Assembly (NCBI RefSeq): GCF_035084215.1
Contig: NC_090355.1
Location: 21,762,001 to 21,826,000 of the forward strand
Direction: 5' to 3'
DNA length: 64,000 bases
DNA from: Heptranchias perlo
Taxonomy: Eukaryota
The notes beneath the pieces were generated by a model that saw only the letters and a program-made list of their open reading frames with translations, was not told where the DNA came from and searched no databases. Of the stretch, positions 1 to 12,500 are shown piece after piece. Position numbers and translations under genes: made by a program. How positions within the stretch are numbered: position 1 is the first letter of the stretch; the number at the start of each line of letters is the position of its first letter.

Positions 1-255
1 ATGAGACATTTAATCCATGTGCTCTCTCAGGTGGACTTAAAAGATCCCATGACGCTCTTCAAAAAAGAGCAGGAGTGTTCTCCCGGTGTCCTGGCCAATA
101 TTTATCCCACATCCAACCCCACTAAAACAGATTATCCGATCTCATTGTTGTATGTAGGACCTCGCTGTGTACAAGCAGGCTGCCGTGTTTCCCTATATTA
201 CAACAGTGACGATACTTCGATCCTATTTCATTGGCTGTAAAGCTCTTTAGGGTAC
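1..255 (+). mobile_element. Deu-domain SINE (SacSINE1-like), 3' part
   Basis: ctctcaggtggac..aaaagatcccat..ggtgtcctggccaatatttatccc..aaaacagattatc motif; related copies at ~38590, 43990, 53870. Confidence 0.75.
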
Positions 256-390
256 ACATAAGAAATAGGAGTCGGCCATATGGCCTCTCGAGCCTGTTCC
301 ACCTCAATGGCTGATCTTCTACCTCAACTCCACTTTCCCACACTATCCCCATATCCCTTGATTCCCTTAGTGTCCAAAATAAGAACATAA
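256..390 (-). mobile_element. CR1 LINE 3' end fragment
   Basis: Homologous to the 3' UTR of the CR1 at 40950-41083. Confidence 0.7.
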
Positions 391-993
391 GACTTGATGC
401 AGAAGGGCTTAACAAATACCCAGTTTATACACCATTAAGTGTAGACAATGTTAGATCCATAAAACAAATCTGAAAAATGCTTGTACAAGGAATCAATGCA
501 GCAGACAAAATTTGCAAGCAACCAAAAAAAAAGTGCAGTCCAGCAAAACTACAAAACTTGGAATTCCAAGGACCAAAACTTAAATGTTAGGATCATGAGG
601 AAGGCTTGAATTTAGATGAACAATTTGGTCAACATCAATTACCAAATGAAACATCATTTTTTTTAAAAGTATAAAGCAGAAATTCTACATTCTCTGTTTT
701 ACTATACTTTTTCACTTTCAACCTCCCACCCTTCCCCTGCTTCTATTTACCCATGTAAATTCACAGCAGAGGCAATACTTTTTTGATGCTGTTCTTCAGC
801 AGTTGGACAACTGATGGACCTCTGCTTAGAATTTAGATACACAACAGCTGTTAACAGATTACTGACAAAAAAAACCTCTTCTGTAATTTGTACAAAGCAG
901 GACTTCTGTAAGTCGATATTATGCCTTTGATATTAAAAAAAAGCCTCTCGTTACCTACATTTTTAAAACTAAAAGCATCAACATGAGTTATAC

Positions 994-1320
994 CAGTGTT
1001 TCCCAAACTGTGGGCCACGTCCCTCCCCACCTTGGGTTCCAAAGTGGGGTGTAAAGAGTTCGGAAAAGTGAAATATTTTCAGAACTGCCTCCCACACACA
1101 CAGCCCATTGGTCATTTGCCAGAGCGACATCGTTGCCATTTCATGGGACTGCCCCGGTCACGAGTGGATTGTCGCAATCTATGGCAGTGCCCCAAACTGC
1201 TACATGTGTAGGGAGCACAGCAAAAGTGTTCAAATTGAGACACACCTCAACATCGTTTTTTCTGAAAATATTTTATTTTGCCGACCTCTGCACCCGCGCC
1301 CCACAGTTTGGGCAATGCTG
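994..1320. mobile_element. hAT/Charlie-like MITE
   Basis: Imperfect TIRs CAGTGTTTCCCAAACTGTGGG and CCCACAGTTTGGGCAATGCTG; flanks fit nnTTAyAn but are not identical. Confidence 0.6.
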
Positions 1321-1562
1321 CTTTACAGTAAAGACCTGTAGGGTGAGAGCCAGTACCATTAGGAATCTTTTATTTTTATATTTGTGATTTATTGAACTTT
1401 GTTTTATGTTTTGTAAGTTATCAACAAATATCTAATGTTTATGTGTATAGGAAGCGCGAGTGCTCGTCTTCACTACTATGGGGCAGGAGCCAAAATAGTT
1501 TGGGAAATTCTGAGTTACACATTGATGTGTACTAGATTCTAACCAGTTTGTGTTCCCTAACC

Positions 1563-2470
1563 ATAGATTCTTATAGCACAGAAGGAGGACATTCAGCCGA
1601 TCATGCCTGTGCCAGCTCTTTGAAAGAGCTATCCAATTAGTCCCACTCCACTGCTCTTTCCCCAAGTCCTGCAAATTTTTCCCCTTGAAGTATTTATCCA
1701 ATTCCCTTTTGAAAGTTACTATTGAATCTACTTCCACTACTCTTTCAGGCAGTGCATTCCAGATCATAATAACTCACTGCATAAAAATATTTCCCCTCAT
1801 CACACCTCTGGCTCTTTTACCAATTACCGTAAATCTTTCTCCGCTGGTTACCAACCCTTCTGCCAGCAGAAACAGTTTCTCCTTATTTACTCAAAACCGT
1901 TCATGATTTTGAATGCCTCTATTAAATCTCCCCTTAACCTTCTCTGCTCCAACTAGAACAATCCCAGCTTCTCTAGTCTCTCCACATAACTGAAGTCCCT
2001 CAGCCCTGGTACCATTCTTGTAAATCTCTTCTGCACCCTCTCCAAGGCCTTGACATCCTTCCTAAAGTGTGGTGCCCAGAATTGGACACAATACTCCAGC
2101 TGATGCCTAACTAGTGATTTATAAAGGTTTAGCATAACTTCCTTGCGTTTGTATTCTTATGCCTCTATTTATAAAGTCATGGATCCCATATGCCATTTTA
2201 ACAGCCTTACCAACTTGTCCTGCCACCTTCAAAGATTTCTGTACGTAAACCCACAGGTCTCTGTTCCTGCTGCCCCTTTAAAAATTGTACCATTTAGTTC
2301 AGATTGCCTCTCCTCATTCTTCCTTGAAAAATTTATCACTTCACACTTCTCTGCGTTAAATTTAATCTGTCATGTGTCTGCCCATTTCACAGGCTGTCTA
2401 TTACCTCCTGGAGTCTGCTACTATCCTCCTCATTGTTTACTACTTTTCCAAGGTTTTGTGTTATCTAGGT
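1563..2470 (-). mobile_element. CR1 LINE, 5'-truncated (RT C-terminus plus 3' UTR)
   Basis: [38 protein letters not shown] and WNALPERVVE peptides. Confidence 0.9.
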
Positions 2471-2984
2471 TGTGTTAATAAATTATAATACAGGAGCAGC
2501 TTAGCAACCAGTATGTTGCAGTATCGGTCTGATGAGATTCAAAAATCAAAGCCCAATCTTTGCACTCAGGCTCCCCAAAGGAATTAATTCTTGAATTACT
2601 TAAGTGCGTGTACTTAATGGATCAGTAACAAAATACTGTTCGAGTTAACATTTGTCACTCCATCACCTTGACACAATGACGAAGGAGGATAGCAAAGATG
2701 GTGGAAGGTGGGGGGGGGGGGGGGGGAGAAGAAAATAAATATAAAATCTGATGTTAAAAGGTTGCCTGATGCTGTAATACTACAGGAAAACAGTGCTCAG
2801 CAAACAGTCAGTGGGCCAGTCTCACCAAACAAAATTTGCCTTGAAGCAGATCGTCCTGGGAAGACTGTTATAAAAAAAACTCAAAGAATTATTATATTAG
2901 AATTTCAGTAACATGACTAACTGTTTTGAGAAATTATTAGAAAATAACTCCCTTGATAGTTCAGCAAGATTATCCAGATTTAAT

Positions 2985-3310
2985 TCCCAAACTGTGCTGA
3001 CTTAGATTTCAACTGGGCAGCAGTATATGCACTGCAAATGGCCAAAGCACCCATGGGTTAACTGGAGGAAAATTGGCCAAAATTCACATTCCTGATTGCT
3101 ATCTAGAGACCACTGCTAGAAGCGCACACATGTGGATGTTTGTTGAGGACAGGCTATGTCCCCTATGGATGAATGACATGGCAACACTCAGTCACGGTTT
3201 ACACACAAATATGAACTATTTGGGCAAGGTACCAGAAGGCAACCACAACCTACAAAACCAGAGAAAAGCAAGGAATCAACACCTTCCAGAGATGGGTGAA
3301 GAAAACTGGC
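2985..3310 (+). mobile_element. Old tRNA-headed SINE-like repeat (unnamed family)
   Basis: Shared motifs (ctgattgcta..gacc.ctgctggaa..gaggacagg..tgggcaaggtaccagagggc) with copies at 9040, 11700, 13720, 17190, 29630, 42975. Confidence 0.5.
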
Positions 3311-4349
3311 GGGAAGGGTGAGGGCAATTATAGCAAGCTATTTACAGAATGTAAACCTTTATATTAGGACATTATTGACCTTCTGAGCAGCATTAAGATC
3401 ATGAAATCATTCTTAAAGACTAGTCTAAAGGGACTAATCTGGATCTGTAACAATAAACCATACCTCAAACTACAGTAGGAGACTATTAATGGTGGTCATT
3501 ATAGATCAGTTTCACTGAATAAATATCTATTTTATTCCCATCCTCCCAAAAAAGATAAATACTCATCTACTTTTCAACTGGTATTGCACAAATCAGCATC
3601 TAAATAACTTTTGAAATCTAGCCCACAAGCAGGTGGCAAAGGTGGCAGTAGGTTTTGATGCCACTGCCAAAACTGCTCACAATAGGCAATGGCACAATCA
3701 CCAGGACCGGTGGCACAATCTCAACCAACATTTAGCAGGAGCCAGCTTTTCAAATTTCCCACTCGAGAATTAGGTGGCGGGTGCAGACTGAAGCCAAGCT
3801 GACTGCTGCTGCCAAGACGGGCACCAAATTAAACAGAAACATAGCACTGCAACTGGGTGAGAAAAAAAAAGTAGTTACTGAAGAGGTAACGTTAAGAAAA
3901 AGAGGTGGATTTACAGAAAGGATAACCACTACCAGTATTCTTAGCTAGAGAACCATGAGGTTCTGGGAATTTTTTTTTTGTTGGAGACCAGCCCACAAAC
4001 ATTTCAGAACTGCTATATTGAATAATTTTGTTCACATTTATGGTCAAGAATGGAAGCTGAGTCAGGGAGAGATAAAGGACTGCCTAGTGCCATTAGAGGA
4101 TTCCTGAGGGCAGATTCAGGTGGACTCCCAGAACATGGCGAAGGTTTTAAATAGCTACTTTGCATCAGTCTTGACGCCTGCAGACTATGCTCAGTTACCA
4201 TTAATGCAATGTGCAGTTAACACTAAAGTTGTATAAGTTGAAGTAGGTGCAAGTCTAATCTTGAGGGAATAAGGGCTCTCAAATGAGAACGAGCTACTAG
4301 TGCAGATGGCATTTACCTGAAATTGCTCAAACAAATGGGAACTGCGCTT

Positions 4350-4787
4350 ATCCATCACCTCTGTGCTTGCTGATCAACATTGGCTCCTGGTCCAGTTACA
4401 CCTCGAATTTAAAATTCTCATTCTTGTGTTCAAATCCCTCCATGGCCTTGCCTTCCCTGTCTCTGTAACCTCCTCCAGCCCTACAACCCTCACACATCTC
4501 TGCGCTCCTCCAATTCTGGCCTCTTACACATCCCCGATTTTCATCGTCCCACCACTGGTGATCATGCCTTCAAGCTGGCTAGGCCCTAAGTTCTCGAATT
4601 CCCTCCCTAAACCTCTCTGCTTTGTTCTCCTCCTTTAAGGCACTCCTTAAAACCTACCCCTTTGACCAAGCTGTTCTAATATCCTTTCATGTGGCTCAGG
4701 GTCAAATTTTGTTTGATAACGCTCCTGTGAAGCACCTTGGGACTTTTCACTATGTTGAAGGCACTATATAAATGCACGTTGTTGTTG
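4350..4787 (+). mobile_element. L2 LINE 3' end
   Basis: LADQHWLLV..FKILILVFKSLHGLA peptide; ends ctatataaatgcacgttgttgttg. Confidence 0.85.
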
Positions 4788-6180
4788 CTCATATATTCAA
4801 TAGCTCGCTGGTGTATCGCATCGTACTTGATGACTGGAAGGAGGTTCATGTCTTACCGATATTCAAAAAGGGCAACAAGTTAGAACTGGAAAATTATAGG
4901 AACCATGAGCTTGGTGTCAGTTATAGGAAAATTGCTAGAAGGGATCTTTGGGGATACTCTATACAACCAACTTGATAGAGAAGGGGTTATAAGGGCAAAT
5001 GCAACATGGCGTCTGAGAAAGGCCATGTCTCATCAACCTGGTTGAATTCTTCAAGGAGGTTACTAGGGTGATGGATGAAAGTAGCCCTATAGACATTGTA
5101 TATTTTGACTTTCAAAACTTTGACAAGGTGTTACATAGTATAAGGAAGAGTCCTGTGGGTTTGGAGATCAGATCCAGGGTTGGATAGAGAATTCATTGCG
5201 CTCTTGTAGACAGAAAGTGGTCATCAATTCTAGCGGCTCTCCGTGTAGGCCGGTTACAAGTGGAATTCCGCGGTGATCAGTGTTAAGGCTGTTTCTGCTC
5301 ATGATTTATATCTATGGTCCGGATGAAGAAGTTGAGGGAGTTCTGTCAACGGATGACAAGAAGATCCGTGCTGGTGTCAGAAGCCTTGAGAGAAAAAAAG
5401 ATTGGGAGTTCTGAACAAGAGGGGCATAACATTAAAATTAGAGCGAGGCTGTTCAGGGGTGACATCAGGAAGCACTTCTTCACTCAAAGGGTAGTGAAAA
5501 TCTTGGACTCTCTCCTCCAAAAAGCTGTTGAGGCTAGGTCAATTGAAAATTTCAAAAGTGAGATTGATAGGTTTTTATTAGGCAAGGGTATTAAAGGGTT
5601 ATGGAATCAAGGCGGGTAGATGGAGTTAAGATACAGATCATCCATGATCTACTTGAATGGTGGAACAGACTCAAGGGGCTGAATGGCCCACTCCTGTTCC
5701 CATGACAATCTAATCGAGATATGATGGATAATGGGCCCACATCTGGCAGATGACATTTAAGGTAGCTCAATGCATGTGGGAAGTGCTGCTGCCTAGCACG
5801 CATATAATGACTGTTAAGAGAGAAAGTGACCTGTGTTTTTTAGCGCATGAGTTTCTAAAGGTCCACGACCAGTGCCGAGAGGCTATAGCAAAAGCAAATA
5901 GAGTATTAGGATGTATAGCTAGGACTATTCAATACAAAACTAAGAGCACCATAGTGTCCTTGTATAAGAATCCGTTTAGGACCCATGTGAAATATTGTGT
6001 CTAGTTCTGGTCCACTCACATGATGGGAGATATATTGGCCCTAGAAAAGGTTCATAGAGGGCCACTGGATTAACACCAACTATAAAAAGTTTTAGCTATC
6101 ATGATGGGCTCTGAGAGCTCAGTACTTTTACTTTTTCAAAAAAAAACTTGGCGGAGACTTGATTAAAGTATTTAAAATGT
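4788..6180 (+). mobile_element. Degraded CR1 RT fragment with a nested younger CR1 3' end (~5410-5703)
   Basis: DWKEVHVLPIFKKG, KANRVLGCI and GHNIKIR..KHFFTQRVV peptides with frameshifts. Confidence 0.8.
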
Positions 6181-6511
6181 GTCTTAAAAAATATGAAAGC
6201 TTATAGATCTGACTGGGAAATCCTGAAGACCAATTTCAGTTTTTTTGGAAAGAAAATAAACAACTTCAACTGAAAAGAGCACAGAAATCAACAGAATACA
6301 AATTCCCAACTATCTCATGGAAATGATTCTGTTTTGTACTCACTAATGTGTAAAGTAGCTCCTTCATAGACATAAACCATTGAAAATTAAAACAATTGCT
6401 CCTGTGCTAAACCAAATCTCCCATAGTACCCTTCCCTGTATATGATTAAGTTTAAATGTTCTCAACTTAATTCAAGCCCTACACATGACTGGAAGCATTC
6501 CTTTATTCTAC

Positions 6512-6590
6512 CTTCATAATCACAACGACCTGTGGGAAACACACCAGTAGCTGACAGATAGACCAGGAGGACACTATTTCCAGGCAGCTC
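6512..6590 (-). CDS. SCAI: SCAI exon ([27 protein letters not shown])
   Basis: 79 nt; tttcag acceptor, gtagaa donor; ends in phase 1; next exon not found in 1-6511. Confidence 0.94.
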
Positions 6591-9500
6591 CTGAAAATGA
6601 AAATGCAAATATTTACCACTGATACTTCGTGCAACATTATAGTCTTTAAAACAAAATCTGAATAGGTCATCAATTTTTTTTATTGCTCTTCATTTTTAAA
6701 CTTCAGGTACAAGCAATGACAAATAAATAAAAATAATAGATTGGTATATGCTAGTGTTCTGATGTATAGTAAAATTTGACTGATTAAATCCTTGCTTCTC
6801 GGACAAAAAAACTTGCTTTCAATAAAACAAAAGCAAAATACTGCAGTTGCTGAAAATTTTTGAAATAAAAACACAAAATGCTGGAAATACTCAGCAAGTC
6901 GGGCAGCACCTGTGGAGAGAGAAACAGAGTTGATGTTTCAGGTCGATAACCTTTTGTCAGAATAGTCATCAACCTGAAATGTTAACTGTTTCTGCTGAGT
7001 ATTTCCAGTATCTTCTGTTCTTATTTCTTGCTTTCATTAAATGTTTTTTAGGTGAATTAAAAGTGGTTTAGACTTGGGTCCTTCAAGGTTTTTGTCACTG
7101 TGGGCCACGGTGTATATCACGATGCTTCAGAAGCCACAAAGTTTAGCTCCAAGTTCCCATTAATTTGTATGCCTCAAGTTGCTGACATTAGCAGATCTTG
7201 GTGTTCTGATATTTAACCACTAATAAGGCAACAGTTCTAAGAACAGCTCTTTCTAAATCTCCAGGCCCACAAAATTCCAACAGGACAAACCAGCTATTAA
7301 GAAATAAATGCAAATAAGAGTGAGTTGCCTGGGCTTTGGGGGCTAGTTTGCCAGGCCTCAAGACTGCAGGTATTTCACAGGCCAGTTTGGACACTCCTGG
7401 TTTAGACTGCTTTAAATAAATCATTTATACAACATACAAATCTTATAAGTGAGTAAATAATTAAAAATTCAACAGCGCAGTGGAAGCACAAGGTTTATTC
7501 CATTTTAACCTAGTAATTCAGTGTTTGTCTTTGCTGCAGATGCGTAGGCAAAATACTGTCCTTGAATGGGGAAGTTAGCAAATTAAATGTATTGCAGTAA
7601 GAAGCCTGTTTGCCCACCGATGTATCGTACGCAGCCAGTTTGTGTTCACGCTTCCCCACAGAGTGGGATCCTATCTTGGCCGTGCTATCAAATGGGAGAT
7701 CCTGAGTGGAGGCACGATTAAGGGGGCGGGGGGGGGGGGGGGGAGAGACAGTGGATAAGTAATCTGAACTACTCTTCATGTGCCTCTCAGATAAACAGCT
7801 GCACTGGTAGACATGTGGCATCTGGGTGATGTTCCCAAAAAGGAAACTTTAAAAAAAAGTTTTTTTAAAGTGCAAATGGCACTTTACAAATCAAAATGAC
7901 CAAGTACCATGTTAAAAAGTTAACCAAGTTTTAACATCTAATTATATTTGAGATTTAACCCTGTATTTTAGTTAATGGCAGAAAAATTAAATATGTTCAA
8001 ATTGCAATAGAATTCTGATAAGGGGATAACATTTACAGACAATTAAAAGTTATATCATCAAATACTAACTTGACATTCTTCTCGCTTAGTTATCACATAG
8101 TTACATAAAAATAAGCACTTGAAGCCTTCAGTTAATGAAAATCTAATTTCTTGAACTTAAGCAGTTAGGAACAATTGCAAAAGCATTAAAGATAACTGTT
8201 CTTGAAGTGAAGCAAGAGCTCTTAACTAAAAGCTTTCAAAATCTAAGTTTAAAATCACAAGGTGCATTTCAGTTTATTTAGCAACTTACCATTTCACCAG
8301 TTCTATTTGGTATCTGGAGTTTCATACACTCATTTGACTCAGCTTTCAGTGCCAATTTTATGCATACAAGCAGTTATGGATTAAAACTTTACATGTACTG
8401 ATCATCAACATCAGAACACGTTAGCAAACCTTAAATGATGCAGAAAGGAATGTGTACAGTTGACTGAATGTTGGCTTGTACAGCAAATATTTGTGTGGAT
8501 TTTCTCGCTTTGACGGTTTCTCTGTTGACTCCTAGGGAAAGAAAAAGACAAACAGTACAAACTATTTACCGTCATTTTTATTGTGGTACTTGCTCCCTTT
8601 TGCATCTCTGGAATCTCTTCATATTAAGTCATACACCATTTCTGATTCAGGACAATCTGCCCTCAGGTCTTTGTCAAAACTGTTCAAAACCAATCCCAAT
8701 AAAGAGCCATTTCTACCAAATAAAGCTTAAAACTAGGTTCTTTTGCATGGCAATTTAAAAAAGCAAAACATTTTTTTTCTAAACCGAAATAATTTAGCTT
8801 CCTTTTGCTGACAGGATTGATATATGGGCACAATGCCATATCATGACCCATCTGACTCAAGGTACACTTACCTTGGGGTGAAACAGAATAGTAATTTTCA
8901 AACTTATTGGGGCAGCCTCACCCAATGAAACTGAACAAGTACACCATTGGATTTGAAACTGAGCCACATTTAAACTACTCCTTGTAAATCTCTTTCTATA
9001 TCTCCATTTCCGCCAGCTTGAGGTAGTCAGAGTAAGGGACTTTTAAAACTTTTTTCCCCCCTTCAATTCTTCCGTCCCCTGAAGGTGTAGACTTCCACAG
9101 CCATCAGTTGCCCTCTGGTAGCTCAATGAAGTGGGTTTTGTTTATGTAGAACCCTTGATAGTGAGTGCTGGCGAGCTATTCAAGTGTGGAAGGCATCACC
9201 ACCGAGCTCAATACTGTCTTGATCTGGCACTCACACTTGCACATTTCCAGCAGGGGTCCTCAGGAGCAGAAACCCTGAATTACTTTCTCTTCCCTATCTC
9301 AGGAAAGCTGCAACCAATTGCAATCCACTGCAAATAACTCAGCAAAGAATGGGGATCAAACCTGGGATCTTCCCGGTCTGTATGGCTCAAAGACGGTGAG
9401 ACTACATCTGAACCATCCAGGGAGCCTCAGAATAAATTATGTCTACACAGTTGGCCAGAAGTAGGGAGTGTTCAGTTCCATTCGCAACCCCTCAGATAAT

Positions 9501-12500
9501 GAAGCAGTTCGTGCCCACATGCAGCAAGACCTGGACAACATTCAGGCTTGGGCTGATAAGTGGCAAGTAACATTCGCGCTAGACAAGTGCCAGACAAGGA
9601 CCATCTCCAACAAGAGAGAGTCTAACCACCTCCCCTTGACATTCAACGGCATTACCATCGCCAAATCCCCCACCATCAACAACCTGGAGGTCACCATTGA
9701 CCAGAAACTTTACTGGACCAGCCACATAAATACTGTGGCTACAAGAGCAGGTCAGAGGCTGGGTATTCTGTGGCGAGTGACTCACCTCCTGACTCACCAA
9801 AGCCGTTCCACCATCCACAAGGCACAAGTCAGGAGTGTGATGGAATACTCTCCATGTGCCTGGATGAGTGCAGCTCCAACAACACTTAAGAAATTCAACA
9901 CCATCCAGGACAAAGCAGCCCGCTTGACTGGCACCCCATCCACCACCCTAAACATTCACTCCCTTCACCACTGGCGTACCGTGGCTGCAGTGTATACCAT
10001 CCACAGGATGCACTGCAGCAACTCACCAAGACTTCTTCGACAGCACCTCCCAAACCCGCAACCTCTACCACCTAGAAGGATAAAGGCAGCAGGCACGTGG
10101 GAACACCCCCCACCCTGCACGTTCCCCTCCAAGTCACACACCATCCCGACATGGAAATATATCGCTGTTCCTTCATCGTCGCTGGGTCAAAATCCTGGAA
10201 TTCCCGACCTAACAGCAATGCGGGAGAACCTACACCACGCAGATTGCAGCGGTTCAAGAGGGCGGCTCACCACCACCTTCTCAAGGGCAATTAGGGATGG
10301 GCAATAAATGCTGGCCTCGCCAGCGCCCCCCTCATCCCATGAACAAATTTTTTAAAATGCGCAATGAAAGTTTTCTAACTTTTTCAGCTGGGCAACTGTA
10401 TTTAATAAATTTGTGATGGAAGAGGGTGAGTAAAATTGGTACAAGGGGATCTATTCTGTCCACAAATATTCATCCTATTGGCCAATAGCAAGTGGGATTA
10501 ATAGTGTCTGTGGAGAAATCCGATGTTGTTCATTTTCACTCTCGACCACTCCTTTCAGATAGACTGGCCTGTGGATTCCCATCAAGTGTGTGGAGGAAAA
10601 GAAAAATAGTAAATGTCATAAACAAGTTTTCTGTTCCACTGTATCAGCAACAACAATTTTATACCACTGAATTTTCTAGTTAGGAAGTGCCAACAGGAAA
10701 ATCTGACAAGACATCTTCAACTAGAAGATGATCTGAACATTTCTTGGAGAAGGACCTGCCTAACCTGCTCCTTACATTTCTTGTTGGCACAAGAACTCCA
10801 GTTATTTCATTAAAAGCAAGAAAATTGCAGATTCCAGAGATCTGAAACAAAAACAGAAAACAGTGGAAACAAAGCAGATCAGTCAAACATTTTCTGTTTA
10901 TGTTCCCAGTCATTTCATACAGTTTTTCCTGACCCCCGAGATAACTCGGCCTCTTCCCACATAGAGGAGCCACAGCACAATAATTATCCTTTAATTAACC
11001 ATGGCCTATTTAGATCATTTCCTCAAAGGGGATACCTCAGCCCTAAAGGATCAGGCCAGGTTAGCAACAAAACATTATAACCATGTTCCATAATATGCAT
11101 AAGCAATATTATGTAAAATCAACTAGTGTTATATAGGTTGTGAATTATGCTGATAACAATTCCAAAAACCACAACTGTGATTTGTAACTTCCTTGTTTGT
11201 GCCACTACCATAAGAAAATATGTGTTGTTTCTACTGGTTCAATTTATAACACAAATTGTTCAACAAATCTTCTAAAAACTCAGCAATCACTCACCTGTGA
11301 CCCAGTCTTGTTTAGTTGTGAAGCCAAATTAATGGGTTCCCGTTCCAGAGCCTGCAGCATTCTGAACATGTCTATCGTTAATTCACTGAATTTAACCTAA
11401 AGTTTAAAAAAAGTGAATTAAATGAATCTATGAAATCACAAAAACTGACACCTTTACATTAGCAGCATACATGTCTAATAATACAGAAAATCTCTCAACA
11501 AGAGCACAAGTTAAATGTTATCTTGACCCAGAAACAGGGAATATCACATCAGTTCTTTCCCAGTTTTTCAATAAGAGGATGAAATAGATGTAACAGCCCC
11601 CCAAACTGCTACTACATGATTGTTTAGGAACAAGTCAAAGTCAACGCCACATAAAAAAAAACATTTCATGTTTCCAATAGCCCATTAAGTAATACAGATT
11701 AATAGGTTGCAAGTTTGGTTCTCTGTTTTTGCTATTAGTATATCTCAAATGGGGCAATCAGAGCTCTACAATTGGTCTCAGCACCCCTGGGCGAGGTAGA
11801 AAGGGAAAAAAATATCAGCAAAGGTGTTCACTCCTGATTGCAAGTTAATGACTCCTGCTGAAATGTGCATGCACGTGGACATTGGAGAGATCACATGGAG
11901 AACAGGCACTTGGGCCAGATATTGAAGGGTTACCAGGGCTCTTGGAACCATCCAGCATGCCTTAGCACCTTCAGGAGGGAGAAGAAATAGGTAAAAAAAA
12001 CGAGGAGGAAAAATAAGTGAATTTCAAAAATGTACATACCACATACATCCAAAGTGCATTTTGGGACTTCACACAGTTCATGGAAGGACATCATCATGTC
12101 ACATCCTGTGATTGTGCAATAGTATTTTGAAAGATAAGGGCCAGTCATCTGTTATCAGGCTACGCCGATCCAAATGAGGGTACATTTACACTGCAACTGT
12201 AGCGTTGGTGTGAAGCAGTTTTGCACTGCACCATTGCATTTATAGTGTCAATGAGGTCAAAATCCAGAGTCAAGGCTCAACTCGACTCTGAAGTGAAGTG
12301 GAGTGAGACTCCTAGGAGAAGGCAGTCTTGCTGCAGTGCATTTATATGCACAAGTTTGGCAACAGTTTGATTCAGAAAGCATTTTGCAACAGTAAATTTA
12401 TAGTGTAAATGTACATTTAGAAATCAGGCACTGTTTTAAAAAAAATGTGAATAAGTTATTCCTTTTCCTACCTCAAGCATAATGAGTCCCAATTTATCAT

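Noticed and set aside
1-6511. Next SCAI exon (expected PYDFGGVLTN...)
   Set aside because: No matching frame found by eye; probably outside the window
8529-8534. NAGNAG tandem acceptors (TAG GAG here; CAG GAG at 6588-6593)
   Set aside because: Distal GAG acceptors are rarely used and there is no evidence from sequence alone
9468-10307. 279-aa ORF as a host gene
   Set aside because: It is a truncated, frameshifted LINE RT C-terminus with several paralogous copies in the window
10815-10900. Additional family-B PLE tail
   Set aside because: Too degraded; no hammerhead core or TSD discernible
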